From the IMG/VR virus record IMGVR_UViG_3300028805_000002: a DNA stretch of 64,000 nt; one strand, 5' to 3'. Both the position numbers and the translations under genes were made by a program. Below, piece after piece: positions 37,896 to 47,632 of this stretch (its first letter is position 1; each line of letters starts with the position of its first letter). The notes beneath the pieces were generated by a model, which ran no database searches, had not been told where the DNA came from, and worked only from the letters and a program-made list of their open reading frames with translations. The DNA comes from an uncultured virus (IMG/VR IMGVR_UViG_3300028805_000002). Lineage: Duplodnaviria; Heunggongvirae; Uroviricota; Caudoviricetes.

Positions 37896-38925
37896 AATGG
37901 ACGCGCTATTGTCAGAAGTCAACAAGAAAGTAAAAGAGGAGATTATCTTTAAGGGATTAGCAAGTTATAACTACAATAAAATTCCCTTTACTTCTCCTAG
38001 AGCAAATTATTGTACGTATGGTGGTGTTCCCATTGGCAAAGTTATTGAGTTCTATGGCGCGGAGCACGGCGGCAAAACTACCTCAGCATTAGACATCGCT
38101 GGACAGTTTCAGGCGTTAGAGCGCCAAAAAGCGGAAGAAAATAAGAATTATTCCGAGCGTGATGTTTTTTATTGTGATGTTGAAAATACCCTCGATAGCG
38201 AGTGGGCACAAAAACTGTGTGTTGACACGGATAGAATGTATCTGTTACAGCCTAAGACACAGAGCGCAGAGCAGATATTCAACCTTATTACTGATGCTAT
38301 CGAGACAGGTGAGATTGGTCTTGTAGTTCTTGATAGTATTGCCGCTATGGTATCACAAGACGAGTTAGACAAGGATTACGATGAAAAGTCTTTTGGCGGT
38401 ATTAGTGGACCTCTTTCGAGATTTGCCAAGAAGATTGAGATGCTTTGCGCTAAGTATAATTGCACCTTTATAGGAATAAATCAGGTGCGAGATGATGTCA
38501 ACAGCACTTGGGGCGGATATAAAACTCCTGGTGGACGTGCTTGGAAGCATATTTGCATTATGCGTGTTGAGTTTAGTAAAGGAAACTTCATTGATGAAAA
38601 CGGCACAAAGTTGTCTAACAACACAGAGACGCCTGATGGCACACTTATAAACTTTAAGGTAGTTAAGAACAAGACTTGTCCACCTGACAGACGTATTGGA
38701 TTTTATACTCTTAATTGGAATGGTATTGATTATGTTGCCGACTTAGTTGAAGTCGCTTTGCGCTATGGTCTTATAGCAGAGCCGACTAAGGCGTGGTTTA
38801 CTATTCCCGGTATTACTGAGGATAAGATGCACGGACAAGGTGCTGTGAGCAAATTCCTTATGGAAAATCAGGATGCGCTAGACAAATTAGATGCTATGGT
38901 TATGGAGAAACTTTCCTTGACCTGA
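37885..38925 (+). CDS. recA: RecA-family recombinase
   Basis: EFYGAEHGGKTT, VVLDSIAA, INQVR, TPGGRA, KVVKNK. Confidence 0.93.
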   Translation: MSSKMDALLSEVNKKVKEEIIFKGLASYNYNKIPFTSPRANYCTYGGVPIGKVIEFYGAEHGGKTTSALDIAGQFQALERQKAEENKNYSERDVFYCDVENTLDSEWAQKLCVDTDRMYLLQPKTQSAEQIFNLITDAIETGEIGLVVLDSIAAMVSQDELDKDYDEKSFGGISGPLSRFAKKIEMLCAKYNCTFIGINQVRDDVNSTWGGYKTPGGRAWKHICIMRVEFSKGNFIDENGTKLSNNTETPDGTLINFKVVKNKTCPPDRRIGFYTLNWNGIDYVADLVEVALRYGLIAEPTKAWFTIPGITEDKMHGQGAVSKFLMENQDALDKLDAMVMEKLSLT

Positions 38926-38955
38926 TGCCTCGTCCGTGACCTGAACTTTTTGCAC

Positions 38956-39007
38956 AAAAAAAGGGGAGAGCAGAACTTAATCTGCTCTCCCCTATCTTTT
39001 ATTTTTT
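38956..39007. terminator. Bidirectional terminator at the convergence of the two arms
   Basis: A7-GGGGAGAGCAGA/TCTGCTCTCCCC-T-rich. Confidence 0.85.
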
Positions 39008-39151
39008 GCCGTTTGTTTATTCGCGTTGTAGTACGTCTGTTTTCGCTTTGCAATATAAAACATATCTCTATATTATTTTATACTGCAAAGCGAAATAAAG
39101 CACATTGTAGCGTGAAATAAGTACACTATAAAATACATCATAAATCATACT

Positions 39152-39189
39152 ATAAAACAAAGCGGAGCAATATTTCTATTGCCCCGCTT
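39152..39189 (-). terminator. Terminator-like hairpin for the minus-strand arm
   Basis: AAGCGGAGCAATA/TATTGCCCCGCTT with an adjacent A-rich tract. Confidence 0.6.
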
Positions 39190-39339
39190 GCGTCAGAATA
39201 TGGGAGGGTTATTAGTTATAGGTTCTGATTATCAGAAGTATCTTGTTCCGCAATATATAATAACCACAGTTCAAGTTCTTCCTCGCTCATAGTAACACCT
39301 CTGATTTGATGTTTCTATTGTACTTGAAACTTTCGACTT

Positions 39340-39723
39340 TTACAAGAACTCTTTTAGTGGTCTAAGTCTAAAATCTGTTTCATCACACGAAACCCACCAC
39401 TCTCCGTCTTTGAATACATAGTTGTATTCTTCCCAGGTTCTAAAGTGTTCCAAATCTGATGCAGATATTACTAATTCTTCTCCTCTGTCTCGATGATACG
39501 CAACACACTGGTCAGGATTAGGTGTGTTAAAGTCTGTCTTAACTCCGATTGTTTCGTCTAACGAAGATAAATCTCCGAGAGCAATTAGTTTTTGTACTTC
39601 TTCTCTTGTGGTGTAACATCTGTTCAGAATGTCTCCATTGTGCTCGATATATCCATCCCAATGACAGTAGATAGATTTTACTGCGCCGTTCTCATAAATG
39701 CCTATTCTTGAATTTGTACTCAT
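39340..39723 (-). CDS. Conserved phage hypothetical protein
   Basis: MSTNSRIG...SIYCHWDGY...AYHRDRGE...EYNYVF; RBS AGGAGG. Confidence 0.7.
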   Translation of the reverse strand: MSTNSRIGIYENGAVKSIYCHWDGYIEHNGDILNRCYTTREEVQKLIALGDLSSLDETIGVKTDFNTPNPDQCVAYHRDRGEELVISASDLEHFRTWEEYNYVFKDGEWWVSCDETDFRLRPLKEFL

Positions 39724-39749
39724 TTGATTATTCCTCCTGTTTTCTAATG

Positions 39750-39941
39750 TTATGTTTTTTCTGTTGGCCAAGAACACGGACAGTCCCCGAATATGCAAGT
39801 CACGGTTTTGCCCGTATAGTCTTTCGCTATCCATTTAATACTATATCTGCATCCTCTACACTTATAGTTTCTGCTGGTACAGTAATCTTTAATTGGTTGT
39901 ATTGCTTCTTTCGATAGTGACTCTGTTGGATTCCACATCAA
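39750..39941 (-). CDS. Small Cys-rich hypothetical protein
   Basis: YC...CRGC...CIF..CPCSW. Confidence 0.5.
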   Translation of the reverse strand: MMWNPTESLSKEAIQPIKDYCTSRNYKCRGCRYSIKWIAKDYTGKTVTCIFGDCPCSWPTEKT

Positions 39942-39942
39942 C

Positions 39943-40161
39943 TTATGCCTCCTTGCCTACAAATAAGTCAACTGGAAACAGATTATCAGGACACCCAATC
40001 TTATAGTGTCTGTTGTTTGCCTGAATTGTTCCGTTTACCAATCCTATTGCTAAGTATTCTTCATTTCCAGCCGCATACGCCTCTGGATTATACTTTTTGT
40101 ACAGTGCGCGAATATCCTCAAGACGAGCCACTAGTTCACGTTCAAAATCTTCTTTGGTCAT
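39943..40161 (-). CDS. Hypothetical protein
   Basis: RBS AAGGAG. Confidence 0.55.
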   Translation of the reverse strand: MTKEDFERELVARLEDIRALYKKYNPEAYAAGNEEYLAIGLVNGTIQANNRHYKIGCPDNLFPVDLFVGKEA

Positions 40162-40261
40162 TCTTCTTCTCCTTTCATATCTTCTACTTCATCTTGCAGT
40201 CTTTCAATAGGAATAATAACTCCGTTTGTCATTCTTCCCATTCGCAATCAACAACAAATGT

Positions 40262-40468
40262 CTAGGCATTGTCGATAAGCAAAAGGACTTCTTCAAAGGG
40301 CAAACCCTTGTTTGCTATTTCCGTCATTAAAGTACGGAACATTATCAAATCACCCTCGGTTATGGGTGTGCCGTTCTTAATGGTACTCATCATACGAGTA
40401 ATATTCATACCATCGTAATTGCAGATTTTATTATATTCTTCTTCGGGTATATCAATTATCAGTTTCAT
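40262..40468 (-). CDS. Hypothetical protein
   Basis: MKLIIDIPEE...IKNGTP motif. Confidence 0.55.
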   Translation of the reverse strand: MKLIIDIPEEEYNKICNYDGMNITRMMSTIKNGTPITEGDLIMFRTLMTEIANKGLPFEEVLLLIDNA

Positions 40469-40470
40469 AG

Positions 40471-40710
40471 TTATGCCTCCGTCATCGCATATTTAATGTC
40501 GCTGATTACCTGCTCAGGGTCGTTTTTGAGCAGGTATCTAATGTCTGTCTTCATCTTCTCTCGGCGTGACTTTACGCTTATGTCTCCGTAAAAATCAAGA
40601 ACACCATACGGGTCAAATTCATCATAGAACTTTACCAGACTTTCAATAAGTTCAGGCGAAAATCTTTTCTTGCCTTTGCCGATTTCTTCAAGCATCTTCT
40701 CGTTGGTCAT
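40471..40710 (-). CDS. Hypothetical protein
   Basis: RBS GGAGGTGA before MTNEK. Confidence 0.55.
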   Translation of the reverse strand: MTNEKMLEEIGKGKKRFSPELIESLVKFYDEFDPYGVLDFYGDISVKSRREKMKTDIRYLLKNDPEQVISDIKYAMTEA

Positions 40711-40715
40711 TGTTA

Positions 40716-40973
40716 TCACCTCCAATAAGTTCCTTCACGAATGAACTGCTCTGTTCCATAGAGTATTTCAGGCTTTGTTGCTCCATCACACACACCTGCT
40801 ACTCGAAGTAAGTAACGCTCTGCTCCACTAAGGGTCTTGTATGTGCGCAACGCTATGCACAGTGTGCCTTTTTCGCTCTTGTGCATTTCCGCTACTACAT
40901 ATTTTCCTAACTGATACATAATGCAATATGTCTTGGTCTTATACTTCTTCATATAGGCAAATTCAGTTTTCAT
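40716..40973 (-). CDS. Hypothetical protein
   Basis: RBS AGGAGGAG; YKTLSGAERYL. Confidence 0.55.
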   Translation of the reverse strand: MKTEFAYMKKYKTKTYCIMYQLGKYVVAEMHKSEKGTLCIALRTYKTLSGAERYLLRVAGVCDGATKPEILYGTEQFIREGTYWR

Positions 40974-41099
40974 TCTTTTTTATCTCCTCCTTTTTAGGCT
41001 CGCAGGGTACGCCAATTGCTATTATGGCACGTAAGGTTTCAGTGTATCGCTCGCGCTTACACTCTTCATACAACCATTCGGGAATATCAATTATTAACT

Positions 41100-41819
41100 T
41101 CATTGTTCTTCTCCTTTCTTCTTTTCTTTTACATAAGCATTTCCGTCTTTGTCTAAAGATACTCCGAGTTCCTTTAACAACTGAGTGTATTGTGCTCTGT
41201 AATTTGCCTCACTGTAATTTTCCGAGTTAAACGTATACAGCAGGTCGTTCAGCATTAACAGTTTTTCCAGTTTGTTTCTCTGTTCTGGTGTAGTACACAG
41301 TCCTTGGTCTCTAATGTACGTGAGTCCGTCATAGTCACTGGCATTGTACTCTTCACAAAGTCCTGCAAGACCTGTTAATGTTGTTTTCTTGCGCTCAGGA
41401 TTTACATCAGGTCTCTTTGTTATAGCACTGACGCTGAACTCGCCTGTATATTCACTTTTCCACCATTTTTCTGTATCACATCCTCCGCTCGGTTTCTTAT
41501 ACTTTTTTGCTGGACAGGTATGACAGTTAGTATGGGGACATTTGTGTGTACTCGGAGTAAGACCAAACACCTTTGTATACATCGCTAAGTTGGATGTCTC
41601 AGGACAGTCCTTGTCTTCGGGAGCGTTTGTAATCATATCGTGATTTATCCACAACGTATGGGGTTCACCGTTACGCTCAAACTTTATTCGTATGTCTAAT
41701 GACCTATCTTCCTCGTCTAATTCGTCTACTTCGAGCCTGTCCACATCCGCATAAGTAGGCCATTCTTTTTTGCCTTTTTCAGTCCAAACTACAATATCGC
41801 CTTCTTCAAAGGGTATCAT
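41100..41819 (-). CDS. Modular hypothetical protein, paralog of 44238-45206
   Basis: Shared C-terminal GL.GLCEEYN...LGV.LDK.GNAYVK domain. Confidence 0.65.
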   Translation of the reverse strand: MIPFEEGDIVVWTEKGKKEWPTYADVDRLEVDELDEEDRSLDIRIKFERNGEPHTLWINHDMITNAPEDKDCPETSNLAMYTKVFGLTPSTHKCPHTNCHTCPAKKYKKPSGGCDTEKWWKSEYTGEFSVSAITKRPDVNPERKKTTLTGLAGLCEEYNASDYDGLTYIRDQGLCTTPEQRNKLEKLLMLNDLLYTFNSENYSEANYRAQYTQLLKELGVSLDKDGNAYVKEKKKGEEQ

Positions 41820-42127
41820 TTTATATCTCCTTTCGCTCTTGAGCCATCTATGATGTACGTACTGCTCGGCGTTTCGATGCGCGTCATAATTTCGCCTGTT
41901 TTGTCATTCACGTACTTCCAAGCGACAGAGAATCCCCAGCCGTTGTGACTGATGATATGAAAGTTCGTTCCGTTCACGGCGTCACACCACGCTTTGCAGT
42001 CACGCATAGCAGACGCCTTAGCCGACGAGTATCTGCCATACACGTCATCTAAGTCCGTGCCTTCAAAACGACTTGCTCTTGCTAATAACGCCTGTCCTGT
42101 CTTTGTTGAACCTTTGATAATTTTCAT
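41816..42127 (-). CDS. Hypothetical protein
   Basis: LDDVYGRYSSAK...IISHN..FSV motif. Confidence 0.6.
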   Translation of the reverse strand: MKIIKGSTKTGQALLARASRFEGTDLDDVYGRYSSAKASAMRDCKAWCDAVNGTNFHIISHNGWGFSVAWKYVNDKTGEIMTRIETPSSTYIIDGSRAKGDIK

Positions 42128-42154
42128 AGTGTACTGCCTCTCTTTCCTTTTTAT

Positions 42155-43288
42155 TTATACGAGTTTGCCACGTCTAGGCTGCATCACTCTGTTAAATACT
42201 ATGCGCTTAGTTACCAGTGAGGATAACAGTTCGTCCATACGGTCGTGCAACTCTTCATCTGAAATATCGTTTTCCGTTTCAAGTCTCACACACTCAGGAT
42301 TGAGCAACGTAGTTCCGTTCTCACGTATAAAACTTTCAGAATCAAAGTGTAGTGTGATATAGGTGTCTCGTTTGTTACACGCTCTAAGTTCTTCGGGGAG
42401 TGTTTTATTGTCAAGTACGCAGTATACGATATTATCATCGTCCCTAAGGTCTATTGTACATCCACCCCTTTCTGTGTACGCTGTTACGCCATTTTCAAAC
42501 TCAATGCTTACACTTCCTGTGATATACCTTGAGCGTTCAATATTTAAATCCTCCAACGTTTCTTTCAGCGTATATCCGTTGTTGAGTTCAAACACTACCG
42601 CCCTCAAGATGTCATACGTAAATTCCGAAAGACCACTAGCCAAGATAATTTCTGGAATATACTTCTTTGCTGTGTCCACGAGCGTGTCCTCTAGGTACTC
42701 TGTCATTTCTTCTTCGCTAAGAATGCCAAACTCAAAGTGATAATGAAATCTTCCTGGTCTGTTGAGTAAAAACTCACTAAGTTTTAACGTATCATTACAG
42801 GTGAGAACAAACAACTTCTTGCCAGAGTCTAAGCCATCGAACAAGGACAGCAACGGCTCCTGTTCTCCGTTTTCTCTGTCGAAGGTCTTTTCAAATTCGT
42901 CAAACAACACGATACATTCCTGCTTAATCTTGGAAATGAAGTCTGACAATCCAGCATAAGAACCATCAACAATTATCAACGGCAGATTTTGCTTTTTGCC
43001 TTCTGTTGCAAGACATCTGGCGAACATCGACTTACCCGCACCTTTAGGCCCTGATAAGATTATGCCCATATTTCTATTAAACGTATCAAACGTGCGGAGT
43101 ACCTTAGTCACTTTCTCACGCGTATTGCCATAAATCTTCTCCTCAGTTATTAAATCGTCGTGCGGCTGAAGACTAAAGCCTGCCATAGGAGAGAAACATA
43201 CTCGATAAGTTCCAACTGGAAGTGTCTTGTACGTCTGTACTTCTTCTCCATAGATTGAGATTGAGTTGCCTGATTTTACAATGTTCAT
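42155..43288 (-). CDS. AAA+ ATPase
   Basis: GPKGAGKS, LFDEFEK, LTCN, NRPGRF. Confidence 0.9.
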   Translation of the reverse strand: MNIVKSGNSISIYGEEVQTYKTLPVGTYRVCFSPMAGFSLQPHDDLITEEKIYGNTREKVTKVLRTFDTFNRNMGIILSGPKGAGKSMFARCLATEGKKQNLPLIIVDGSYAGLSDFISKIKQECIVLFDEFEKTFDRENGEQEPLLSLFDGLDSGKKLFVLTCNDTLKLSEFLLNRPGRFHYHFEFGILSEEEMTEYLEDTLVDTAKKYIPEIILASGLSEFTYDILRAVVFELNNGYTLKETLEDLNIERSRYITGSVSIEFENGVTAYTERGGCTIDLRDDDNIVYCVLDNKTLPEELRACNKRDTYITLHFDSESFIRENGTTLLNPECVRLETENDISDEELHDRMDELLSSLVTKRIVFNRVMQPRRGKLV

Positions 43289-43290
43289 AC

Positions 43291-43482
43291 TTATATTTCT
43301 CCTTTACTCAGTGCGTCCTTAAACTTCTTCGTTGCTTGTGCTTTATTGCGTCCGATATATACTCGGCGTATAAATCTGTTGTTATATACCGCAGATACTT
43401 CGATTACTCTTGGACTGTACTCTTTAACAGTCAGAGTACAGCCTTCATTTATCTTCGCCATATAGTTCCTCGCTTTCTGCAC
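43291..43482 (-). CDS. Hypothetical protein
   Basis: In operon; basic. Confidence 0.45.
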   Translation of the reverse strand: MQKARNYMAKINEGCTLTVKEYSPRVIEVSAVYNNRFIRRVYIGRNKAQATKKFKDALSKGEI

Positions 43483-43546
43483 GTTTTATTTATTTTCTTT
43501 TTATCGCTTGTATTATTGCATATAAGAAATCACGCAGATGTTGTGG

Positions 43547-44245
43547 TTACTTTCGTTTGTTTCTTTCTATTATCTTCTTTATCCATTCCGACGGAATTAA
43601 AGGAACTGTTACTCGTTTTAATCCCGTGGTTGGATAGAGTATGAGTGCTTGACCATACATTGGTAAGTCCTCACATCCATTGACATCTATTATGTTTCTT
43701 GAGTGCTGTGCCCTTGCAGTATGCAATCCTATGATTATTGCAAAGTTGACCTTTATTCTCGTAGGAATTACAGATGCAAGCGGACACTGTGTAGCGCAGA
43801 TTACTTGAACACCTGCGGCACGTCCCATTTGACATATACTTTGTAGTGCGTCCGCGAACTCTCTGCCATTAAGCATAAGTTCTGCCATTTCATCAATTAT
43901 CAGATGAATGGTCATACCGTCCCATTTCTCAAGACCTCTGCGTTCCATATTATCAAGTCTGTCAATGATAGTTCGGCGTAGATAGTCCAACACTACTGTG
44001 ATTTCTCCTGGAGTTTTTGCAAACGCAATACAATGGGCAGTATCTTTATACTTGCTAAACTCCACACGCTTTAAGTCCACTAAAAGCAACTGATGTTCTG
44101 CCGCATCTTCATACAGGATTGAGTTGATTATTCCGTTAAGTATTGTTGACTTACCTGAACCAGTCATTCCTGCAATCAAGATGTTTTTACCGCTTCGCAT
44201 CAGTTCGTCGTATAGTGGTGCTACGACACCGACAAACTCATCCAT
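43547..44245 (-). CDS. FtsK/SpoIIIE-domain ATPase
   Basis: ILIAGMTGSGKS, DLKRVEF, IIDEMAEL, GRAAGV..ICATQ. Confidence 0.88.
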   Translation of the reverse strand: MDEFVGVVAPLYDELMRSGKNILIAGMTGSGKSTILNGIINSILYEDAAEHQLLLVDLKRVEFSKYKDTAHCIAFAKTPGEITVVLDYLRRTIIDRLDNMERRGLEKWDGMTIHLIIDEMAELMLNGREFADALQSICQMGRAAGVQVICATQCPLASVIPTRIKVNFAIIIGLHTARAQHSRNIIDVNGCEDLPMYGQALILYPTTGLKRVTVPLIPSEWIKKIIERNKRK

Positions 44246-45206
44246 TCTTTTCCTCCTTCTTTACATACGCGTTGCCTTCTTTGTCAAGACGAACTCCAAG
44301 AACTTTAAGCAACTGTGTATACCTTGCTCTGTACTCGATTTCGCGGTGCTTTTCTGAGCCATATACATATATCAACTCATTAAGCAGGCTTAATACTTCC
44401 AGCGTTGTCTTCTGTTCATCAGTAGTGCAGAGGTTGTTGTCTGCAATATACTTCAAGCCTGCACTGTCGCTGTAATTGTATTCCTCACAGAGTCCGTCAA
44501 GTCCCTTCTTTTTTGTCTTAACGTGCTCTCCATTACGCTCGGGAATTGTTCTGGACAATCCAGCAGGAACTAGTACGCGTGAGACTTTTGCGTTGTCAGA
44601 ACTGTACGGACTATCCCACCACTTTGCGGCTTCTTTACAATTACCGTCACCAGGACACTCAGAACAACCTGCGGCAGGACAGCCTGCGTGAGTACATCCA
44701 AACAAGAAAGCGTATAACTGAGCATTGGTGAAGTTCTCAGGCAGTTCAGTTCTTTCTTTCTTCCATTCTTCTTTTACCTTGCCTTCGTATAAGTCAAATC
44801 GTGCGGCAAAAACGATGCCATCATAGTGACTGGAATCTCCGCGTGATTTAACGTGGATGCGTCCGTTTGTGCAGACTTCTGTAACTTCTCCAATCCATCC
44901 TTCTTTTGTAACGCCATATACGTTTGCACGCTCATTTCCTATTACCCAGTCTCCAACGTGAAACTCTTTGGGTAACTCAGGGTCCGTGTGTTGTACTAAG
45001 TCAAAGTATTTGGGATTAACCCACGCGTGACAACCCTTATACCCTGTTAGATTTTCTACTCGGATTGTTTCGTCCATTGGTCTACTATCATCAATGTCGG
45101 TGACTGTTCCTTTCCATCCGTCTCTTGTTATACCGTATGGGGCACCGTCGTGGGCGACAATTATATCACCCAAGTTAAACTTTACTGTTGTCTTTTTTCT
45201 TGCCAT
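44238..45206 (-). CDS. Modular protein: two SH3-like repeats, Cys cluster and shared C-terminal domain
   Basis: F.[LV]GD...YG[IV]T..GW.G.V twice; CP..GC..CP...C...WWDSPY. Confidence 0.65.
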   Translation of the reverse strand: MARKKTTVKFNLGDIIVAHDGAPYGITRDGWKGTVTDIDDSRPMDETIRVENLTGYKGCHAWVNPKYFDLVQHTDPELPKEFHVGDWVIGNERANVYGVTKEGWIGEVTEVCTNGRIHVKSRGDSSHYDGIVFAARFDLYEGKVKEEWKKERTELPENFTNAQLYAFLFGCTHAGCPAAGCSECPGDGNCKEAAKWWDSPYSSDNAKVSRVLVPAGLSRTIPERNGEHVKTKKKGLDGLCEEYNYSDSAGLKYIADNNLCTTDEQKTTLEVLSLLNELIYVYGSEKHREIEYRARYTQLLKVLGVRLDKEGNAYVKKEEKNG

Positions 45207-45207
45207 T

Positions 45208-45390
45208 TTACTCTGCCTCCTTGTTTACCATACAGATGTTGATTGTCTTGCACGAATGGCACTTAATCTCTACGATACAATCATTCCTGTCGCTGTGCAT
45301 AATGGACTTACCGAGTTTGTGTCCACAACACACACATCGAATCCATTTATCTTTGCCAATACTCGTGGCATTATTTCTTCGGTTGTACAT
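45208..45390 (-). CDS. Com-like zinc-ribbon protein
   Basis: IRCVCCGHKL...EIKCHSCKTIN. Confidence 0.6.
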   Translation of the reverse strand: MYNRRNNATSIGKDKWIRCVCCGHKLGKSIMHSDRNDCIVEIKCHSCKTINICMVNKEAE

Positions 45391-46237
45391 TTGTGAACAT
45401 CTCCTTTAAAGTCTCTTTGTTATAGTTGTTGTCTATCAGAGTTGAGCAGGAGATGTATGTTGCGTTATTTCCAAACATAGCATCTGCCAGTGCTCTTATC
45501 TCCTCTTTTGAGTAGTCATACCCTAAAGCACGACCTCTTCCACTGCCAATATTTCTTGTTATTGGACTTGTGCCCTGCCAATCGAATCCGATTACTCTGA
45601 AGAACGACGGATGGGTAAGAGGATAACTCATTCTCTTTAAGTCTAACGGTCTATCGCTGGACTTAATCTTGATACACAGAATATCCGTTGTGCCCTGACC
45701 TTTGCTTGTATAGGACTGAACAGCATACAGATTAAATCTATATCCCTGCTTTTCAAGTCCGAGTATCGCACCGAGAAGTGTCTTTCCTGCTTCGATGAAC
45801 TGGTCAACCGTCTTACTACAATTTGCTGTAAGGTCATAGTACACATCAAGAACTTTTGCTTTGATAGGCTTCATCTGTGTATTGAGCATATTCTTAGGAA
45901 CTCCGCTCAGTGCGAGAGGTACAACAGGTGCAAATCCCATAATGTTGTTATCAAATGAGAACCTTGTGCCGTCTCTTGAAGGCACTTTTAACTCGGTCTT
46001 GAACGCATCAACTACAGGCTGATAACCTGACGCGAGCAAGTCAAGCGCCTCCTGATATGTCTTAACTCCGCACCAGTCTTCCTCAAGAGTCTCGTTCTTC
46101 ATATTGTAGATACTGTGTCTAACTGGTCTGGTCTTGCAGTCATTGACCATTTCGTTTACGGTGTTATAGAACTCAATCTTGGCGTCAAGAGAACGCCCTG
46201 TGCCGAGGTCAACTTTCTTTTCTTTGATGATGGACAT
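45371..46237 (-). CDS. VWA-like partner of the MoxR ATPase
   Basis: Directly downstream of the AAA gene; GFAPVVP.AL.GVP, HPSFFR motifs. Confidence 0.55.
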   Translation of the reverse strand: MSIIKEKKVDLGTGRSLDAKIEFYNTVNEMVNDCKTRPVRHSIYNMKNETLEEDWCGVKTYQEALDLLASGYQPVVDAFKTELKVPSRDGTRFSFDNNIMGFAPVVPLALSGVPKNMLNTQMKPIKAKVLDVYYDLTANCSKTVDQFIEAGKTLLGAILGLEKQGYRFNLYAVQSYTSKGQGTTDILCIKIKSSDRPLDLKRMSYPLTHPSFFRVIGFDWQGTSPITRNIGSGRGRALGYDYSKEEIRALADAMFGNNATYISCSTLIDNNYNKETLKEMFTNVQPKK

Positions 46238-46251
46238 ATCTCACATCCTCC

Positions 46252-47463
46252 TTACATCTTCTCCCAAACGTGTCTTAACGCGGTCTTGTAGTCAGAGTTA
46301 GGCAACTCATTTGTTATGAGGTTAACATCGTCCTTCTCTAAGTCCTTGACAAGACAATATCTGATGGCATCTTCCACAGACATAACATCCAGCACATTTG
46401 CGAGATTGCTGATGGCACGATAAGAAACGATGATGCCAACACCAACTTTCTTTGCGGCGGCTCTAAATGCACGGCAGAAGTCTGCGAGCATTGTACTTCC
46501 TGCGAGACTGTCCTCAATCTCCTTGCAGTAGTCAACAGGAATCGGGAGGAATCGGTCAAGGCTGGCCGCGTCTAACTGATTTCTTCCTACGTACTGATAG
46601 TCAGCGCCGTGACCTGTCGTATTGCCTGCGGCAACTACTCTGAAGTCGGGATGTGCTTCCTTATAACCGATAGGTGCCGGGAAGTCAAAATACTTGTTTG
46701 CGATTGCGGCGTTGAGAATGTTAAGCACTTCAGGAATTGACGCGTCCATTTCATCTAACATAAACAGACCGCCTTCCGTGAAGGCTTTGAAAAACTGAGT
46801 GGGCTGGTAATTACCCATAGCGTCAGTAAAACCAGTCAACTTATACTCCTGAGTTACGGCGTTGGTGAAGTAGAACTTCAAACCAAGCGCCTCAGCAACT
46901 TGTTTGCAGAGTACGTTCTTTCCTGAACCAGCAGGCCCAACTAAGAACACAGGAATATTCTTGCTGACCAAGTGAAGAACATTGTCGAACTGTGCGTGGA
47001 GAACTCCGTGAAGTTCTGCCTTTTTACCGCTGACATCGACCGTTATCTTTCTCTCAATCGGTCCGTACTCCTTGCTGATGAAGTTTCTAACTTCTTCCTG
47101 CACGTTGCCCATTATATCTTTCTCGATGTTTTCGGCCTGTGTCTGTACGATTAAGTCAGCGACAGCCTTGCCGATAATATCGAGGCTTGTTCCGAGATTT
47201 TCTTCGGAAGTCTTAAATGCGTATCGAGGAACTTCGATTGCCTCGAAACATTCCTCAAATCTGTCTGCTAACAGACCTTCTTCCAGATGTTCATCTACCC
47301 ACTTTCTAATGTGGTTCTTGACGTAGATGTAATCACCACCAATCCTTTCCAGACAGACAAACACTGTTTCCTGTGCGTCCTTGTTTGTCAGAGAAATTGC
47401 TGTGCCTGCCTGGTCATTGTAGAAGCGGATAAGCATTTTTGCGGTATCGAGATTTCTTCTCAT
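46252..47463 (-). CDS. MoxR/CbbQ/CobS-like AAA+ ATPase
   Basis: GPAGSGKN, MLDEMDAS, HPDFRVVAAGNT, LDAASLDRF. Confidence 0.88.
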   Translation of the reverse strand: MRRNLDTAKMLIRFYNDQAGTAISLTNKDAQETVFVCLERIGGDYIYVKNHIRKWVDEHLEEGLLADRFEECFEAIEVPRYAFKTSEENLGTSLDIIGKAVADLIVQTQAENIEKDIMGNVQEEVRNFISKEYGPIERKITVDVSGKKAELHGVLHAQFDNVLHLVSKNIPVFLVGPAGSGKNVLCKQVAEALGLKFYFTNAVTQEYKLTGFTDAMGNYQPTQFFKAFTEGGLFMLDEMDASIPEVLNILNAAIANKYFDFPAPIGYKEAHPDFRVVAAGNTTGHGADYQYVGRNQLDAASLDRFLPIPVDYCKEIEDSLAGSTMLADFCRAFRAAAKKVGVGIIVSYRAISNLANVLDVMSVEDAIRYCLVKDLEKDDVNLITNELPNSDYKTALRHVWEKM

Positions 47464-47523
47464 TGAATTAGTCCTCCTATGGAATCGTTATTATTTTGTT
47501 TGTTGCGCTTGCAACTCTTAATC

Positions 47524-47552
47524 ATTATACTAAACGATTGAATGGATTGCAA
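47524..47552 (-). promoter_or_regulatory. SigA-type promoter with ATCGTTTAG spacer motif
   Basis: Minus strand TTGCAA-17nt-TATAAT. Confidence 0.75.
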
Positions 47553-47632
47553 GCGTTATTTCTTGCGCCATTCAATCGTGTTGTATAGTTGTTGTATAGT
47601 TATAGTAGATTAAATGTTGCTCCGAGGAGCAA

